A DNA stretch of 64,000 bases from Spirochaetales bacterium (GCA_021736255.1 JAIPGG010000002.1:8154-72153), one strand, 5' to 3'. Positions 53,380-63,583 are shown, counted from the first letter of the stretch. Numbers and translations: made by a program. The notes: generated by a model from the sequence alone, not told the origin.

Positions 53380-54345
53380 TTAAATGCCCTGATAGAGAAA
53401 CCAGGAGCTGATAACCTTGATCAGATCGATTGCTCCGGCAAACTCCATGACTGCCAAAGCAATAAACAGGACCCCGTAGACTGTTCTCGCCGGTGCAAAG
53501 AAGGTACGCTTCGGCTGCCGGTCCCGTCGGAGTTTTCTGATGATCCAGGGGAGGTAAACCAGACTCGCTGCAATCAAGGTCCAAATTCCCGTTATTATCC
53601 TCGCGCGCACCGGATCAGCCTGGTTCCATTCTTGAAGAGAGTAGGCGGTGGAAAACAATGTCCGGTTGATCTGGGCAAGCTGCCCGAAAGCAATAAACAG
53701 GCCGATTATAATCAGGAAAACACCGCTTATCCGCTGAATAGTAGGAAGATGTTTCTTGAGTTTGTTCAACTGCTTGATAAAAGAGCCGAAAAAGATGCTT
53801 GCCGCCAGAAAGGGGAGGCCGAGTCCAAAGGAATAAACCAGCAGATAGACGATTCCTGTAGTAATCTGACCGGATTGACTTGCCATAAACAAGATTCCGG
53901 CAAGAATCGGGCCTACACAGGGACTCCATCCGCCACCGAAGGCCATGCCCATCACCCCGGCGCCTATAATACCGGCGGGTTTCTTGTCCACATGGATCTT
54001 CTGTTCGTAGTTCAAGAAACTCCAGAAATCGAAGATTATGTTGACCCCCAGCAGTATCACTACACTGCCTGCAATAATATTCACCCAATTCGATACCCCG
54101 GCCATGAGCAGGCCGGACCCGCTGAATGCAACCCCGAGAACCACGAAAACTATGGCGAAACCGAAAACAAAGGCCAGGGATTTGAAAAAGACCTGGGTTT
54201 TGTTGAATTCGTTCGCCCGCAGTTCCTGGAGGCTTGCTCCTCCGATGAAGGAAATATACGAGGGGATCAGCGGAAATACGCATGGGGAGAGAAATGAGAG
54301 GAGACCGGCTGCAAAGGCAATAGCAAGATTCGGTACCTCGCTCAT
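53380..54345 (-). CDS. ccdA: cytochrome c biogenesis / thiol-disulfide transporter CcdA (DsbD-beta family) with extra C-terminal TM segments
   Basis: LSFLSPCVFPLIPSY and GGGWSPCVGPILAGIL. Start at MSEVPNL (54345) forms an ATGA overlap with the upstream tlpA-like stop. Confidence 0.85.
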   Translation of the reverse strand: MSEVPNLAIAFAAGLLSFLSPCVFPLIPSYISFIGGASLQELRANEFNKTQVFFKSLAFVFGFAIVFVVLGVAFSGSGLLMAGVSNWVNIIAGSVVILLGVNIIFDFWSFLNYEQKIHVDKKPAGIIGAGVMGMAFGGGWSPCVGPILAGILFMASQSGQITTGIVYLLVYSFGLGLPFLAASIFFGSFIKQLNKLKKHLPTIQRISGVFLIIIGLFIAFGQLAQINRTLFSTAYSLQEWNQADPVRARIITGIWTLIAASLVYLPWIIRKLRRDRQPKRTFFAPARTVYGVLFIALAVMEFAGAIDLIKVISSWFLYQGI

Positions 54346-54893
54346 AGCCGAGACAGGCTCCTGATAATCTTCACGATCTCCTTTGAATCCCATTCCCTGC
54401 CGCCGACGGTCCCGGCAATAACATAGCCGTTCGGGCCGATCAGATAGCTGGTCGGGATGCTCCGAACGCCGTACATTCCGCCTACCGACCCCTTCGAATC
54501 AATCCCTATCGGATAGGTATAGCCGCCGTCGGATACAAAGCTTTTAACATCCTCGGGTTTCTCACGAAGATCCACCGCAAGGATTTCGAACTCTTCTCCC
54601 TTCAAGGTCTGGTAGAGCCGTTCCATGGAAGGCATTTCTTTACGGCAGGGGGGACACCAGGTTGCCCAGAAATTGAGAAACAGGACTTTCCCACGGAAGG
54701 AGGAGAGGCTGATCTGTCCACCGTCGAGATTTGAAACAGTAAAGGCCGGAGCCTCTACCTCATCCTCTATTATCTGCAAGCCTGCGGATTTCATTTTTCC
54801 CGCAAGGTCTTCGGGGATTGTTACCCGCTGCGCGCCGGCAACGGCGGTCAGGGCAACTACGAGAGCGACTACCAACAGAATTCGTTTACTCAC
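54342..54893 (-). CDS. TlpA/ResA-family thiol:disulfide oxidoreductase (thioredoxin fold), exported
   Basis: Signal peptide. VLFLNFWATWCPPCRKEMP (CxxC). GTG start with AGGAGG Shine-Dalgarno sequence. Confidence 0.88.
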   Translation of the reverse strand: MSKRILLVVALVVALTAVAGAQRVTIPEDLAGKMKSAGLQIIEDEVEAPAFTVSNLDGGQISLSSFRGKVLFLNFWATWCPPCRKEMPSMERLYQTLKGEEFEILAVDLREKPEDVKSFVSDGGYTYPIGIDSKGSVGGMYGVRSIPTSYLIGPNGYVIAGTVGGREWDSKEIVKIIRSLSRL

Positions 54894-55005
54894 CTGTTCC
54901 TCCTCTTTGGCTGGGTCAGTTCGACCAATAACTATATTGTTTTTCTAATATACAAAAAGGAGCTTGTTCGTGCAAGGAGGAATGGCAATCACATTCCCTT
55001 TGTTC

Positions 55006-55698
55006 TCACAGATCGGGACTGAGATTCAACATCTGCAAAAGGAGAACCACAATGTTGTATCCTGCATGCCCGATGGCAATCGGATGAACGGAACGGTAGC
55101 GGGTGAACATAAAACCGAGAAAGAGGCCGAGCATCAGGGTTACGATGAAGCCGGGGAGGCCCTGATAGAGATGACCGGAGGCGAAGAGCAAGGCCCCCGC
55201 GGCAAGGGCGCCGACGGGAGTTAGCCCGAAGCGTTCGAATCGGGTAATCAGGTAGGCCCGGAAGAAGCTTTCCTCGTAATACCCGGTAACAAGGGCGGAT
55301 ACGATAAGCAGCGGCACCAGTTCCGGACGGTCGAATTGCCAGGAGAAATCCGGCTGGAGGTTCCGAATGACTTCTTCGGGTAAAAAAGCCGATACAATTC
55401 CGAGAATGATGAGGATTCCCAAGATGCCTGCAACAACAATAAGAGTTTGGGGAAAGGTTTTTTTTCTCGGCAGGTCGAAGCCGAACTCGGTAAGGGTGGG
55501 GCTGCGGCGCAGAGAAATAATATACAGCAAAAGCAGTACCGCCGGGATACCGGTTACAATAATCATCAGGTGATAGGTTGCCGAATTAAAGAATTCTCCC
55601 CCTCCGCTGGGCATTCCGAAGAGATAGCCGGGTAAAAAGAAGACACTGAACAAGAGAATAAGCTCAAAAAGGCTCTGAGAGCGGTTTTTTTCCCACAT
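55006..55698 (-). CDS. CPBP-family intramembrane metalloprotease (CAAX protease/Abi)
   Basis: Motifs YYEESFFRAYL, LFASGHLYQG and GHAGYN within a polytopic membrane protein. Confidence 0.8.
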   Translation of the reverse strand: MWEKNRSQSLFELILLFSVFFLPGYLFGMPSGGGEFFNSATYHLMIIVTGIPAVLLLLYIISLRRSPTLTEFGFDLPRKKTFPQTLIVVAGILGILIILGIVSAFLPEEVIRNLQPDFSWQFDRPELVPLLIVSALVTGYYEESFFRAYLITRFERFGLTPVGALAAGALLFASGHLYQGLPGFIVTLMLGLFLGFMFTRYRSVHPIAIGHAGYNIVVLLLQMLNLSPDL

Positions 55699-55782
55699 CA
55701 GACGAAAAACTCCGTTACAAAAATGATTGATTTGCGTATAATAGGAGTTGAGAATAAAAGGTGTTGCCGAAAAAGTAAACGT

Positions 55783-56940
55783 ATGGGTTGGTTGTATTTA
55801 TCACTTGTAGGAATCCTCGTTGCCTCGGTTGTTTTTTTGCGGAAAGCCGGAGGCGGGAAGTTTCCGTGGATACAGTTTTATACTCGCGGAAAAGAGGCCG
55901 GATTCTCCTTCCGGGAAGTGAACCTCCTCCGGAAGATTGCCGTAAACAGCAGGCTCAAAGACCCGACTTCCCTCTTCTGGTCGGTCAAGGCGCTCGACCG
56001 CTCTATTCGTGATATCATCATTCAGACCCGCTCGAAAGGGACGGAGAATGATCCGGACCAGGACGCCTTCATCGCAAAACTCTTTCAGTTTAGAAAACAG
56101 GTAGAATTCAGTCAGCCGAAATATCGTCTCGGCTTGAAGTCCACCCGGAATATCGTCCCCCGGCAGCGTATCAAGATTGTTATTCCGGGGGTTGGTGTTT
56201 ATCAGTCGATGGTAGTTGAAAATTTGAGGAAGTACATCGCTGTATCCTATCCGCAGGGCAAGCCCCTCCCGGAGGGGTATGCCTGGAAGGGACAGGAGAT
56301 CAGTGTGTATTTCTGGCGTGCAGAGGATGCAGGATACTATTTTGAATCGAAGGTAATCGAGGATTATTATAACCGGGACTATCCGATATTGCATATTTCC
56401 CATTCGGACAACCTGATTCGGAACCAGAAACGACGTTCCGTCCGAGTTGATGTGAACCTCCCTGCTCGGGTGTACCCTTTGAAAAACCTGCAGGAGGCTA
56501 CCGAATTACCGGAAAAGAGTCCTGGGCTGCGGGCCCGGCTGATTAATATTTCCGAAGACGGGGCGGCGTTAATTATCGGAGGAAAGGGTAAAGTGGGCAT
56601 CTCCCTGAAATTTCAGTTCCCCCTTTCAGATCACACTATTGTAATGATCGGGACAGTCAAACAAATCCGGTTTGATCAGAAAAAAAACCAGTCCAGTCTT
56701 CATCTCGAGGCAAAGCCTCCCTCTCCGAATATTCGAAATCGAATTCTCACCTATGTCTATGACATTTTCGATGAACAAAAGGTGATTTCAAAAACCCCTA
56801 CACAAAGAATTGCAAGCAGCAATGCAGGGAAGAAAGCCTCCGGGAACCAATATTCATCGGGTGGCAAATCTACCGTTTCCGGGCAGTCCGGCCGGGCTCC
56901 CGGGCATAAAACAAAAGCAAAATCGGATTCAGCCGGTTAA
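55783..56940 (+). CDS. membrane-anchored YcgR-like PilZ-domain protein (c-di-GMP receptor candidate)
   Basis: N-terminal TM WLYLSLVGILVASVVFL. PilZ signature QKRRSVRV (RxxxR) ... NISEDGAAL (D/NxSxxG). Low-complexity C-terminal tail. Start taken at 55783. Confidence 0.8.
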   Translation: MGWLYLSLVGILVASVVFLRKAGGGKFPWIQFYTRGKEAGFSFREVNLLRKIAVNSRLKDPTSLFWSVKALDRSIRDIIIQTRSKGTENDPDQDAFIAKLFQFRKQVEFSQPKYRLGLKSTRNIVPRQRIKIVIPGVGVYQSMVVENLRKYIAVSYPQGKPLPEGYAWKGQEISVYFWRAEDAGYYFESKVIEDYYNRDYPILHISHSDNLIRNQKRRSVRVDVNLPARVYPLKNLQEATELPEKSPGLRARLINISEDGAALIIGGKGKVGISLKFQFPLSDHTIVMIGTVKQIRFDQKKNQSSLHLEAKPPSPNIRNRILTYVYDIFDEQKVISKTPTQRIASSNAGKKASGNQYSSGGKSTVSGQSGRAPGHKTKAKSDSAG

Positions 56941-56972
56941 GTATGAGTAGGATTGCGAGGAAGGAGTGTAGA

Positions 56973-58178
56973 ATGAAGAGGTGTCGTTTCCTCGGTATGG
57001 GCGCGGCTGTATTAGTATTCGGTTTCGTTTCGTTGGTTTTGCCTGCTCAAGAGGGTCAGGATCCACGGGTAGAGGCTTACCAGCGCAACTTTGTTCAGGC
57101 CGGGATGAGCGTGAAATTACAGGTCCTTCAGGATGCTTCTCAGGAAGAATCCGTAAACATGGGACCACTCTATCAACAGGCAGTGGATTTCTTGATCAAC
57201 AACTCCTTTTTGCTGGAGAATGATACAACCGCCGGAGATATCGCGATTTTTGCCGTCCGTTTGATCGGCGACCAGGGGTATAAACCCGCCCGTTATTCGG
57301 TATGGGAACTCTTTTCGATGTACAAGAATACGAATTTTCGGGTTGCATCAATGAACACCCTGGGGGGGATTGCCGAAGGGGACGAGAAACTGATTCAGGC
57401 AATGAACAACTGGCTCGACCGGCGGAATTCCATCTATCGAACCGGGCAGACGGTTGATCAACAGGTTGTTAGAAGCTGTGTGAATAATCTCGGAGAGCTC
57501 GGGAATCCCGACTCTTTTTCTCCAATCTTTACTACGATGGTTCTCCGGTATTCCGACGCGGTAACCCGTGCTGCTCGGCAGGCGCTTGCCAGGCTCGACG
57601 GGGATTATACCGAACACCTGATTCAGGTCATCAAAAACGGCTCCATTCAGGAACGACATACCGCTCTGGTAATCGGACTGGAGAGTGAAGAGGTTTCCGG
57701 TGAAGACCAGCGGGGAAGGGTGGCCGCTGCCGCTTTAGAGGCAGCCCTCGATCTGGATACCACCCAAGCCGAGAATTACCGCAAACTACAAGAGATGCGT
57801 TTCACTGCAGCACGCGTTCTTACCGAACTCGAGTGGTCGGCTTCTTCCGATGAAGCGGTCGAGCACTTGAACCGTACGATCTCGGAGTACGATCGTGGGG
57901 ATGCAACCCTCTCGAACCTGCTCGAGGCGGTAGCACTTCTCGGTACCATGGGTACCAAGGAAGCAGCTGTCCGGCTGACCTCTTACCTGGAGCTGCTGAA
58001 TTCCTATGTAGAAAACGGGGAACAATACAATGCGCAGCTTGTGCTCGCGATAATACGGAATCTGGGTATTCTCGGGGATCAAGCGGCTTATAATGATCTT
58101 CTCTATGCTACCTATCTCGATTATCCTTCTTCGGTCAAGAAAGCCGCCAGGGAAGCTATCGACTCTATACAATGGTAA
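56973..58178 (+). CDS. hypothetical exported protein with HEAT/armadillo-like helical repeats
   Basis: Signal peptide MKRCRFLGMGAAVLVFGFVSLVLPAQ. Repeated helical units (NNLGELGNPDS, RNLGILGDQAA). The domain call is weak. Confidence 0.55.
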   Translation: MKRCRFLGMGAAVLVFGFVSLVLPAQEGQDPRVEAYQRNFVQAGMSVKLQVLQDASQEESVNMGPLYQQAVDFLINNSFLLENDTTAGDIAIFAVRLIGDQGYKPARYSVWELFSMYKNTNFRVASMNTLGGIAEGDEKLIQAMNNWLDRRNSIYRTGQTVDQQVVRSCVNNLGELGNPDSFSPIFTTMVLRYSDAVTRAARQALARLDGDYTEHLIQVIKNGSIQERHTALVIGLESEEVSGEDQRGRVAAAALEAALDLDTTQAENYRKLQEMRFTAARVLTELEWSASSDEAVEHLNRTISEYDRGDATLSNLLEAVALLGTMGTKEAAVRLTSYLELLNSYVENGEQYNAQLVLAIIRNLGILGDQAAYNDLLYATYLDYPSSVKKAAREAIDSIQW

Positions 58179-59824
58179 AATTTCCTTCTTCGCCGGATGT
58201 TCACGCAGAAACCCTTGGGAAAAACCGGTGCAAACAGGAGCGGTCCCACATCTGGTTTGTTCCCCTCCTCTTTGTGCCGGTTGCTCTGGTCCTCTATCTT
58301 CCTGTGCGTGTACCTCCGGTAGTCCCGGGGGCTGTTGTCCTCGTCTCGGCGGTGCTGTTGGGTTTCGGTGCCTTCAGGGAGAGGAGTTCGCGGGCGCTGG
58401 GGAAAAACGAAGGTTCCTGCTCCGGATCACTGCCCGCCGGCAGGAACAAGGGGCGGCGCACCCTCCTTATTGCCCTGGCTGCCGGATCAGTACTTGCCGT
58501 TGTGGTCTCTCCCCGGCCGGCAGTTAGCGGGACAGGCTTTCCTTCGTACAAGATCGAGTCGGTTCGAGTTCGGACAACGGAGGATTTTTCGAAAACAGGG
58601 CGGGGAGATTTTGTCGGAACGGCGGAGCTCGAACGAAGCTATGCACACGATGGATCTTCGGCTTCTGCTTCCGGTCGACTGTTGGTGTTTCTCGAAGCGA
58701 AGGAGGACAGCGGCTCAGTTCCTGGGGGCAAACGGATCGAGCTGAACGGAAGACCCGCACCGGCGCCGGAGGATATGGAAGCGGATTACCTGGTATATGC
58801 GGGAGCCGCCGACCCGCCTCGCGATGCTGAAGAATGGCCCGTCCGAGCTGCTGCTCTGCGTTCTGCTTTTCTCGAGCAGATGTATATGCGGGCTGATTTG
58901 AGCGGGGGGAGGGCAGCCCCCCTGATAACGGCGCTTTTAACGGGGGATCGCAGTGATTTGTCTCCGGCCGCGCTCCGGCGGTATCGCGAAGCGGGGGTGA
59001 TGCACCTTTTTGCTCTTTCCGGGATGCACCTCGGAATCGTAGCGGCGATTATTCTTCTTATCGCTGCACCGTTTACCGGAAGAGCGCGGGCAGTCTATCC
59101 GGTCGCTGCGATACTGGGGATTTACGTGTTCCTCACTGGAATGAGGGCTTCAATGCTCCGGGCCTGGTCGATGTACGGCATGTATGTTTTTGCCAGGGCC
59201 GCCGGCAGGCGGCCGGGAGGGCTTCGGGTACTCTTGCTTACGGCTTTAGTTCTGGCCCTTTTTCTTCCGCAGGCAGCAGGATCGTTGTCGTTTCAACTCT
59301 CTGCGATGGCTCTGCTGGGGATCCTCTCTCTCGGAATGATTATCGATGAGCTGCTGCGTCCCTGGCTGCCGGTCCTTGTCAGGGTGCCCTTGGCCCTGTC
59401 GCTTGGGGCTGTGACGGCAAATGCTCCTCTCCTTGCATATGCATTTGGAGAGTTCTACCCGGCAGGGGTGCTCGCTTCTCTGGTACTCACCCCGCTGGTT
59501 ACTCTGTTTATCTGGACAGCCCTGCCTGCTGTTGTTCTTGCTCCGGTGGAAGATGCGGCAGCCTTGAGCCGGCCCTTTTTGGAATTGGCGGCTCGGCTTA
59601 TCGAGAGAGGAGCCGGGTTGTTCGGAAGATTCCCGGGGATAAACGGGATCGAGCAGCCGTGGCCGTTTTTTGTCCTGCCTTTTTTTGCGGTGGGCATTAC
59701 TGTGGCGGGAACACGGATGATCAGAAAACGTAAAGGGAACCGGCTGGCTGCAATGAAAGTACAGAATGAACGTGAGTTCAGGATTATACCGCTCGGAGAA
59801 CGAGAAGAAGAAAAAGCTGCATGA
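58172..59824 (+). CDS. comEC: ComEC/Rec2-family membrane protein (competence domain only, no metallo-beta-lactamase domain)
   Basis: LLTGDRSDLSPAALRRYREAGVMHLFALSGMHLGIV followed by multiple TM helices. The ORF ends without an HxHxDH region. Confidence 0.8.
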   Translation: MVKFPSSPDVHAETLGKNRCKQERSHIWFVPLLFVPVALVLYLPVRVPPVVPGAVVLVSAVLLGFGAFRERSSRALGKNEGSCSGSLPAGRNKGRRTLLIALAAGSVLAVVVSPRPAVSGTGFPSYKIESVRVRTTEDFSKTGRGDFVGTAELERSYAHDGSSASASGRLLVFLEAKEDSGSVPGGKRIELNGRPAPAPEDMEADYLVYAGAADPPRDAEEWPVRAAALRSAFLEQMYMRADLSGGRAAPLITALLTGDRSDLSPAALRRYREAGVMHLFALSGMHLGIVAAIILLIAAPFTGRARAVYPVAAILGIYVFLTGMRASMLRAWSMYGMYVFARAAGRRPGGLRVLLLTALVLALFLPQAAGSLSFQLSAMALLGILSLGMIIDELLRPWLPVLVRVPLALSLGAVTANAPLLAYAFGEFYPAGVLASLVLTPLVTLFIWTALPAVVLAPVEDAAALSRPFLELAARLIERGAGLFGRFPGINGIEQPWPFFVLPFFAVGITVAGTRMIRKRKGNRLAAMKVQNEREFRIIPLGEREEEKAA

Positions 59825-60723
59825 GCGGTGTTGATCCTCCCGATTTCAATTCACCTTCACAGATCCGAAGCTTTCTGACCGCCCGGGGTTTTAATCCACA
59901 AAAGCGTTTCGGCCAGAACTTTCTGATCCAGCCGAACGCGCGGGCGGAGATTATTAATGAACTCGAGCTCACCGGCGGCGAATCGGTGTGGGAAATCGGA
60001 CCGGGAATTGGTCAAATGACCTTTGAATTATTGAAACGGGCCGGAGAAGTCACCGTTTTCGAGATCGATCGGGGTTTTATCGCGATTCTCCGGGAGCTTT
60101 TTTCGGAGCATCCCCGCTTGCGGATTGTAGAAGGGGATGTGCTCAAGACCTGGCCTTCCGAAGCGGAGAGGTTCGGTTCTAATGAGGGGGAAGAGGCTGC
60201 CTCCGCTCGTCCTTTTTTGGTGGGAAACCTGCCCTATAATGCAGCCTCGGCAATTCTCCGGTCCCTGGTGGAACACAATTATCTGCCCCGCAGGACGGTC
60301 ATCACCGTTCAGAAAGAGCTGGCGGACCGTATCGTCGCGGAACCCGGATCGACTGCTTATTCATCTTTTTCCCTTCTGTGCCGGCTTGCTTGGGATGTTC
60401 GGGCCGGTATGGTTTTAAAGCCCGGCAATTTTTACCCGCGTCCCGAGGTCGATTCCAGGGTAGTTGTCCTGAAGCCTCGAGGCGACCAGCCGGAAGAAGC
60501 CGTACGGGTGGAGGCCCTGCATCTGCTTCGCTGTTTGTTTGCCTCCAGGAGAAAAACGATTCGCAACAACCTGCAATCCTGCCTGCCCGGCGGCCGGCAA
60601 GCCGCGGAAACCTGCTGCCGGAGTGCCGGAATCGATCCCGGCGGCAGGCCGGGGGAAATCTCAGTTGATTTACTGATCTCTCTTGCTTCTCAGGTTCTCG
60701 ATTACCGGCGCAGGGATAGTTGA
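59821..60723 (+). CDS. rsmA: 16S rRNA (adenine1518/1519-N6)-dimethyltransferase
   Basis: FGQNFLIQPN, EIGPGIGQMT and VGNLPYN. ATGA overlap with the comEC stop. Confidence 0.9.
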   Translation: MSGVDPPDFNSPSQIRSFLTARGFNPQKRFGQNFLIQPNARAEIINELELTGGESVWEIGPGIGQMTFELLKRAGEVTVFEIDRGFIAILRELFSEHPRLRIVEGDVLKTWPSEAERFGSNEGEEAASARPFLVGNLPYNAASAILRSLVEHNYLPRRTVITVQKELADRIVAEPGSTAYSSFSLLCRLAWDVRAGMVLKPGNFYPRPEVDSRVVVLKPRGDQPEEAVRVEALHLLRCLFASRRKTIRNNLQSCLPGGRQAAETCCRSAGIDPGGRPGEISVDLLISLASQVLDYRRRDS

Positions 60724-60758
60724 CGGTCCGGATCTCAGACTACCGATCCCCGGACCGT
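60723..60758. terminator. possible stem-loop between convergent rsmA and dapA
   Basis: 9-bp stem ACGGTCCGG/CCGGACCGT (60723-60731 / 60750-60758), but an 18-nt loop and only a TTT tail. Weak as an intrinsic terminator. Confidence 0.3.
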
Positions 60759-60780
60759 TTAACGCTCACCCGTCAGCCTC

Positions 60781-61659
60781 TCAGAGCAGGCCGAGGTCCC
60801 GAAGAATATCATCGACTTTGCCCTTGTTCTCGTCGTTCATCGAGCAGAGAGGAAGCCGGTAGGATTCATTCATCATTCCCATAGCCGAGACGGCATATTT
60901 TACCGGAATCGGATTCGTATCGAAAAACATGGCCCGAAATAGCGGAAGGAGATGGTAGAATTCCTTTCGTGCTCCCTCGAGATCTCCCTCCAAAAGAGAA
61001 GCGGCAAAACGGCTCATCCGGCCCGGGATGATGTTGCTGGCAACCGAAACGATTCCTTTCCCTCCGAGGCACATGATCGGGAATCCGAGGTTGTCGTCTC
61101 CCGATAGGACGGCAAACCCTTCAGGTTTTTCGGCAATCAGGTTCATAATCTGGGGAATGCTCCCACTGGCCTCTTTTACGGCCTGTATATTGGTATGTTC
61201 TGCCATACGGACCATGGTAGGGTTTTCAATATTCTTTCCGGTTCGCCCGGGAATGTTGTAGATCATCATCGGCAAATCTACTGCATCGGCGATAGCGGTA
61301 AAGTGTCGGTAAAAGCCCTCCTGGCTCGGTTTATTGTAGTAGGGGGCTACCTGCAGGCTGGCATCGATTCCCGCCTTTTGGGCACGACGGGTCAGGTTGA
61401 TGGCCTCGCGGGTACTGTTTGATCCTGCGCCGGCAACAACCGGAACCCTTCCCGCCGCCTGTTCTACGACGATCTCGATAACCCGGATATGTTCATCGTG
61501 ATCGAGGGTAGGGCTTTCTCCGGTAGTACCCATGGGCAGAAGACCGTCGATACCCTCGTCGATCTGAAAATCCACCAGAGCACGGAGGGCTTTTTCATCA
61601 ATCTCTCCGTCTGTGGAAAGGGGGGTAACCATGGCCGTATAGACACCTTCAAACTTCAT
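60781..61659 (-). CDS. dapA: 4-hydroxy-tetrahydrodipicolinate synthase
   Basis: GVYTAMVTP, GLLPMGTTGESPTL, YYNKPSQEG and IQAVKEASG (active-site Lys context). Confidence 0.93.
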   Translation of the reverse strand: MKFEGVYTAMVTPLSTDGEIDEKALRALVDFQIDEGIDGLLPMGTTGESPTLDHDEHIRVIEIVVEQAAGRVPVVAGAGSNSTREAINLTRRAQKAGIDASLQVAPYYNKPSQEGFYRHFTAIADAVDLPMMIYNIPGRTGKNIENPTMVRMAEHTNIQAVKEASGSIPQIMNLIAEKPEGFAVLSGDDNLGFPIMCLGGKGIVSVASNIIPGRMSRFAASLLEGDLEGARKEFYHLLPLFRAMFFDTNPIPVKYAVSAMGMMNESYRLPLCSMNDENKGKVDDILRDLGLL

Positions 61660-61697
61660 TTCGGTCTCCTTTGTTTTTTGGTACTGGGTTACTGTTC

Positions 61698-62444
61698 TTA
61701 TTTCAGAAAATCACTGATAAATTCATCAACCGTATAAAAACCGGTTTTTCCCTGCAGCCACTCTGCGGCCAGAACCGCACCGAGAGCAAAACCGGCGCGT
61801 CCTCTGGCGATATGGCTGACCTCGACCGAATCAGCCGGCGAATCGAGAAGAAGCCGGTGAGTTCCGGGAACTGCACCGCCTCGAAGAGAAGCGATATGAA
61901 ACTCTTCCGGTTCCGGCGGCCGGTGAAGGGTCTCGGTAACAAGCTTGGTTTTCCGGTCGAGTTGCTCGAGAACGCGCCGGCCGAGGGCCATGGCCGTACC
62001 GGAGGGAGAATCCTTTTTATTCTTGTGATGAATCTCCATCGCCATGGCGTCATAATCGGATATCTCGTTCACCAGTCGTGCGGCTGTCTCGGAAAGGGCA
62101 AGAAAGATGTGGGCCCCGATGGAGAAGTTTGCCCCATGGAGATAGGCGCCTCTTTTTTCTTGAAAGAGTTCTTTGACCTCTTCCATCCGGTCCGTCCAGC
62201 CGGTGGTGCCTACTACCGCAGCAGTACCGCTTGCTGCATAAGCCTTCGCATTCTCTACGGCGCCCTCGGCAAGGGAAAACTCGATTGCCGCATCGCTTTT
62301 GTTCAGCACTGATTCATCGAGTTTGTCTAGGTCGCCTACCCCCGCAGCGGTGTCGTAGCGGCCGGTTATCTCGTGTCCCCGCCGCTCGAGGACCGCCTCG
62401 ACTTCATGGCCCATTCGGCCGTATCCGACAATAAGTACCCTCAT
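61698..62444 (-). CDS. dapB: 4-hydroxy-tetrahydrodipicolinate reductase
   Basis: [28 protein letters not shown] and AEWL..KTGFY. 1-nt overlap with the pta stop. Confidence 0.9.
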   Translation of the reverse strand: MRVLIVGYGRMGHEVEAVLERRGHEITGRYDTAAGVGDLDKLDESVLNKSDAAIEFSLAEGAVENAKAYAASGTAAVVGTTGWTDRMEEVKELFQEKRGAYLHGANFSIGAHIFLALSETAARLVNEISDYDAMAMEIHHKNKKDSPSGTAMALGRRVLEQLDRKTKLVTETLHRPPEPEEFHIASLRGGAVPGTHRLLLDSPADSVEVSHIARGRAGFALGAVLAAEWLQGKTGFYTVDEFISDFLK

Positions 62445-63439
62445 CAGCCTGCCTGCACGAGCGTGACTGCCGATGTGTTGACGATGTCTTCGACCGAGCA
62501 GCCCCGGGAGAGATCACTCACCGGTTTCGCAAAGCCCTGGAGGAAGGGGCCGTAGGCCTCGGCTCCCGCCAGCCGCTGCACGAGTTTGTAGCCGATGTTC
62601 CCCGCCCCCAGATCGGGAAAGACGAGGACATTGGCATTTCCCGCTACCGAAGAATCAGGGGCCTTTTTCTTGCCCACTTTGGGAACAAGGGCCGCATCCG
62701 CCTGCATTTCCCCGTCGACCTTGAGTGCCGGTTCCCGTTCTGAGGCGATTGCAGCCGCATCCGTGACCTTCTGGGCATTGGGATGCTGTGCAGATCCCCT
62801 GGTGGAAAAGGAGAGCATTGCCACCTGTGGTTCGGCCTCCAGGAAGTCCCGGCAGGACTGGGCAGAAGAGATAGCGATCTCGGCAAGCTGCTGCGGATCA
62901 GGGTCCGGTATGATAGCACAATCGGCGAAGATCAGATGACCGTCCACTCCCCACCCGCTGTCGGGCATCTTCATGACAAAGCAGGAAGATGCATACTTCG
63001 TATCCGGCTTAGTCTTGATAATTGTCAGGGCGGCCTTGAGAACGTTGGCAGTCGCGTTTTCCGCTCCGGCTACCATTCCGTCACTTTCGCCCTGGTGGAC
63101 CATCATGGCGCCCCATTTCAAAGGATCAGTAATCTCTTTGCGGGCCTGTTCGGGGGTCATTCCCTTGTGCTTGCGCAGTTCATAGTACTGCTGAGCGTAA
63201 TCATCGAGCCGGCTGGACTTTTCAGGTTCGATGATTGTTACCTGACTCAAGTCTGCTCCGGCTTTCTTTGCCGCAGCTTTTACCTCTTCTTCAACTCCCA
63301 CCAGCACGACCTGAGCGGCCAGTTTCTCGCTCATCAGTTTCGCTGCCGCCTGTACTGTCCGTTCCTCCGTACCCTCGGGGAGGACGAGCCGGTTTTCTAG
63401 GGACCGGGCCTTTTCTTTCATTCGTTCAATAAATGCCAT
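62444..63439 (-). CDS. pta: phosphate acetyltransferase (short form)
   Basis: [50 protein letters not shown] and [11 protein letters not shown]. Confidence 0.92.
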   Translation of the reverse strand: MAFIERMKEKARSLENRLVLPEGTEERTVQAAAKLMSEKLAAQVVLVGVEEEVKAAAKKAGADLSQVTIIEPEKSSRLDDYAQQYYELRKHKGMTPEQARKEITDPLKWGAMMVHQGESDGMVAGAENATANVLKAALTIIKTKPDTKYASSCFVMKMPDSGWGVDGHLIFADCAIIPDPDPQQLAEIAISSAQSCRDFLEAEPQVAMLSFSTRGSAQHPNAQKVTDAAAIASEREPALKVDGEMQADAALVPKVGKKKAPDSSVAGNANVLVFPDLGAGNIGYKLVQRLAGAEAYGPFLQGFAKPVSDLSRGCSVEDIVNTSAVTLVQAG

Positions 63440-63554
63440 ATTCGATTCCTTTCGGTGATTTTATGGAAATCTCTATCAGTTTTATCCTAACAGATTCAGG
63501 ATATTTTTCAACTCCACCTAATTTCCCGCAGCGGCTCTTCCTCCGGCACAATCC

Positions 63555-63583
63555 TTGTGTTCCGCCGGAGAACCCTCTATTAT
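63555..63583 (+). promoter_or_regulatory. sigma70-type promoter TTGTGT-17-TATTAT immediately upstream of tyrA-like gene
   Basis: -35 at 63555-63560 and -10 at 63578-63583. Only 7 nt (agcccct) separate it from ATG 63591, and no Shine-Dalgarno sequence is present. Confidence 0.45.
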
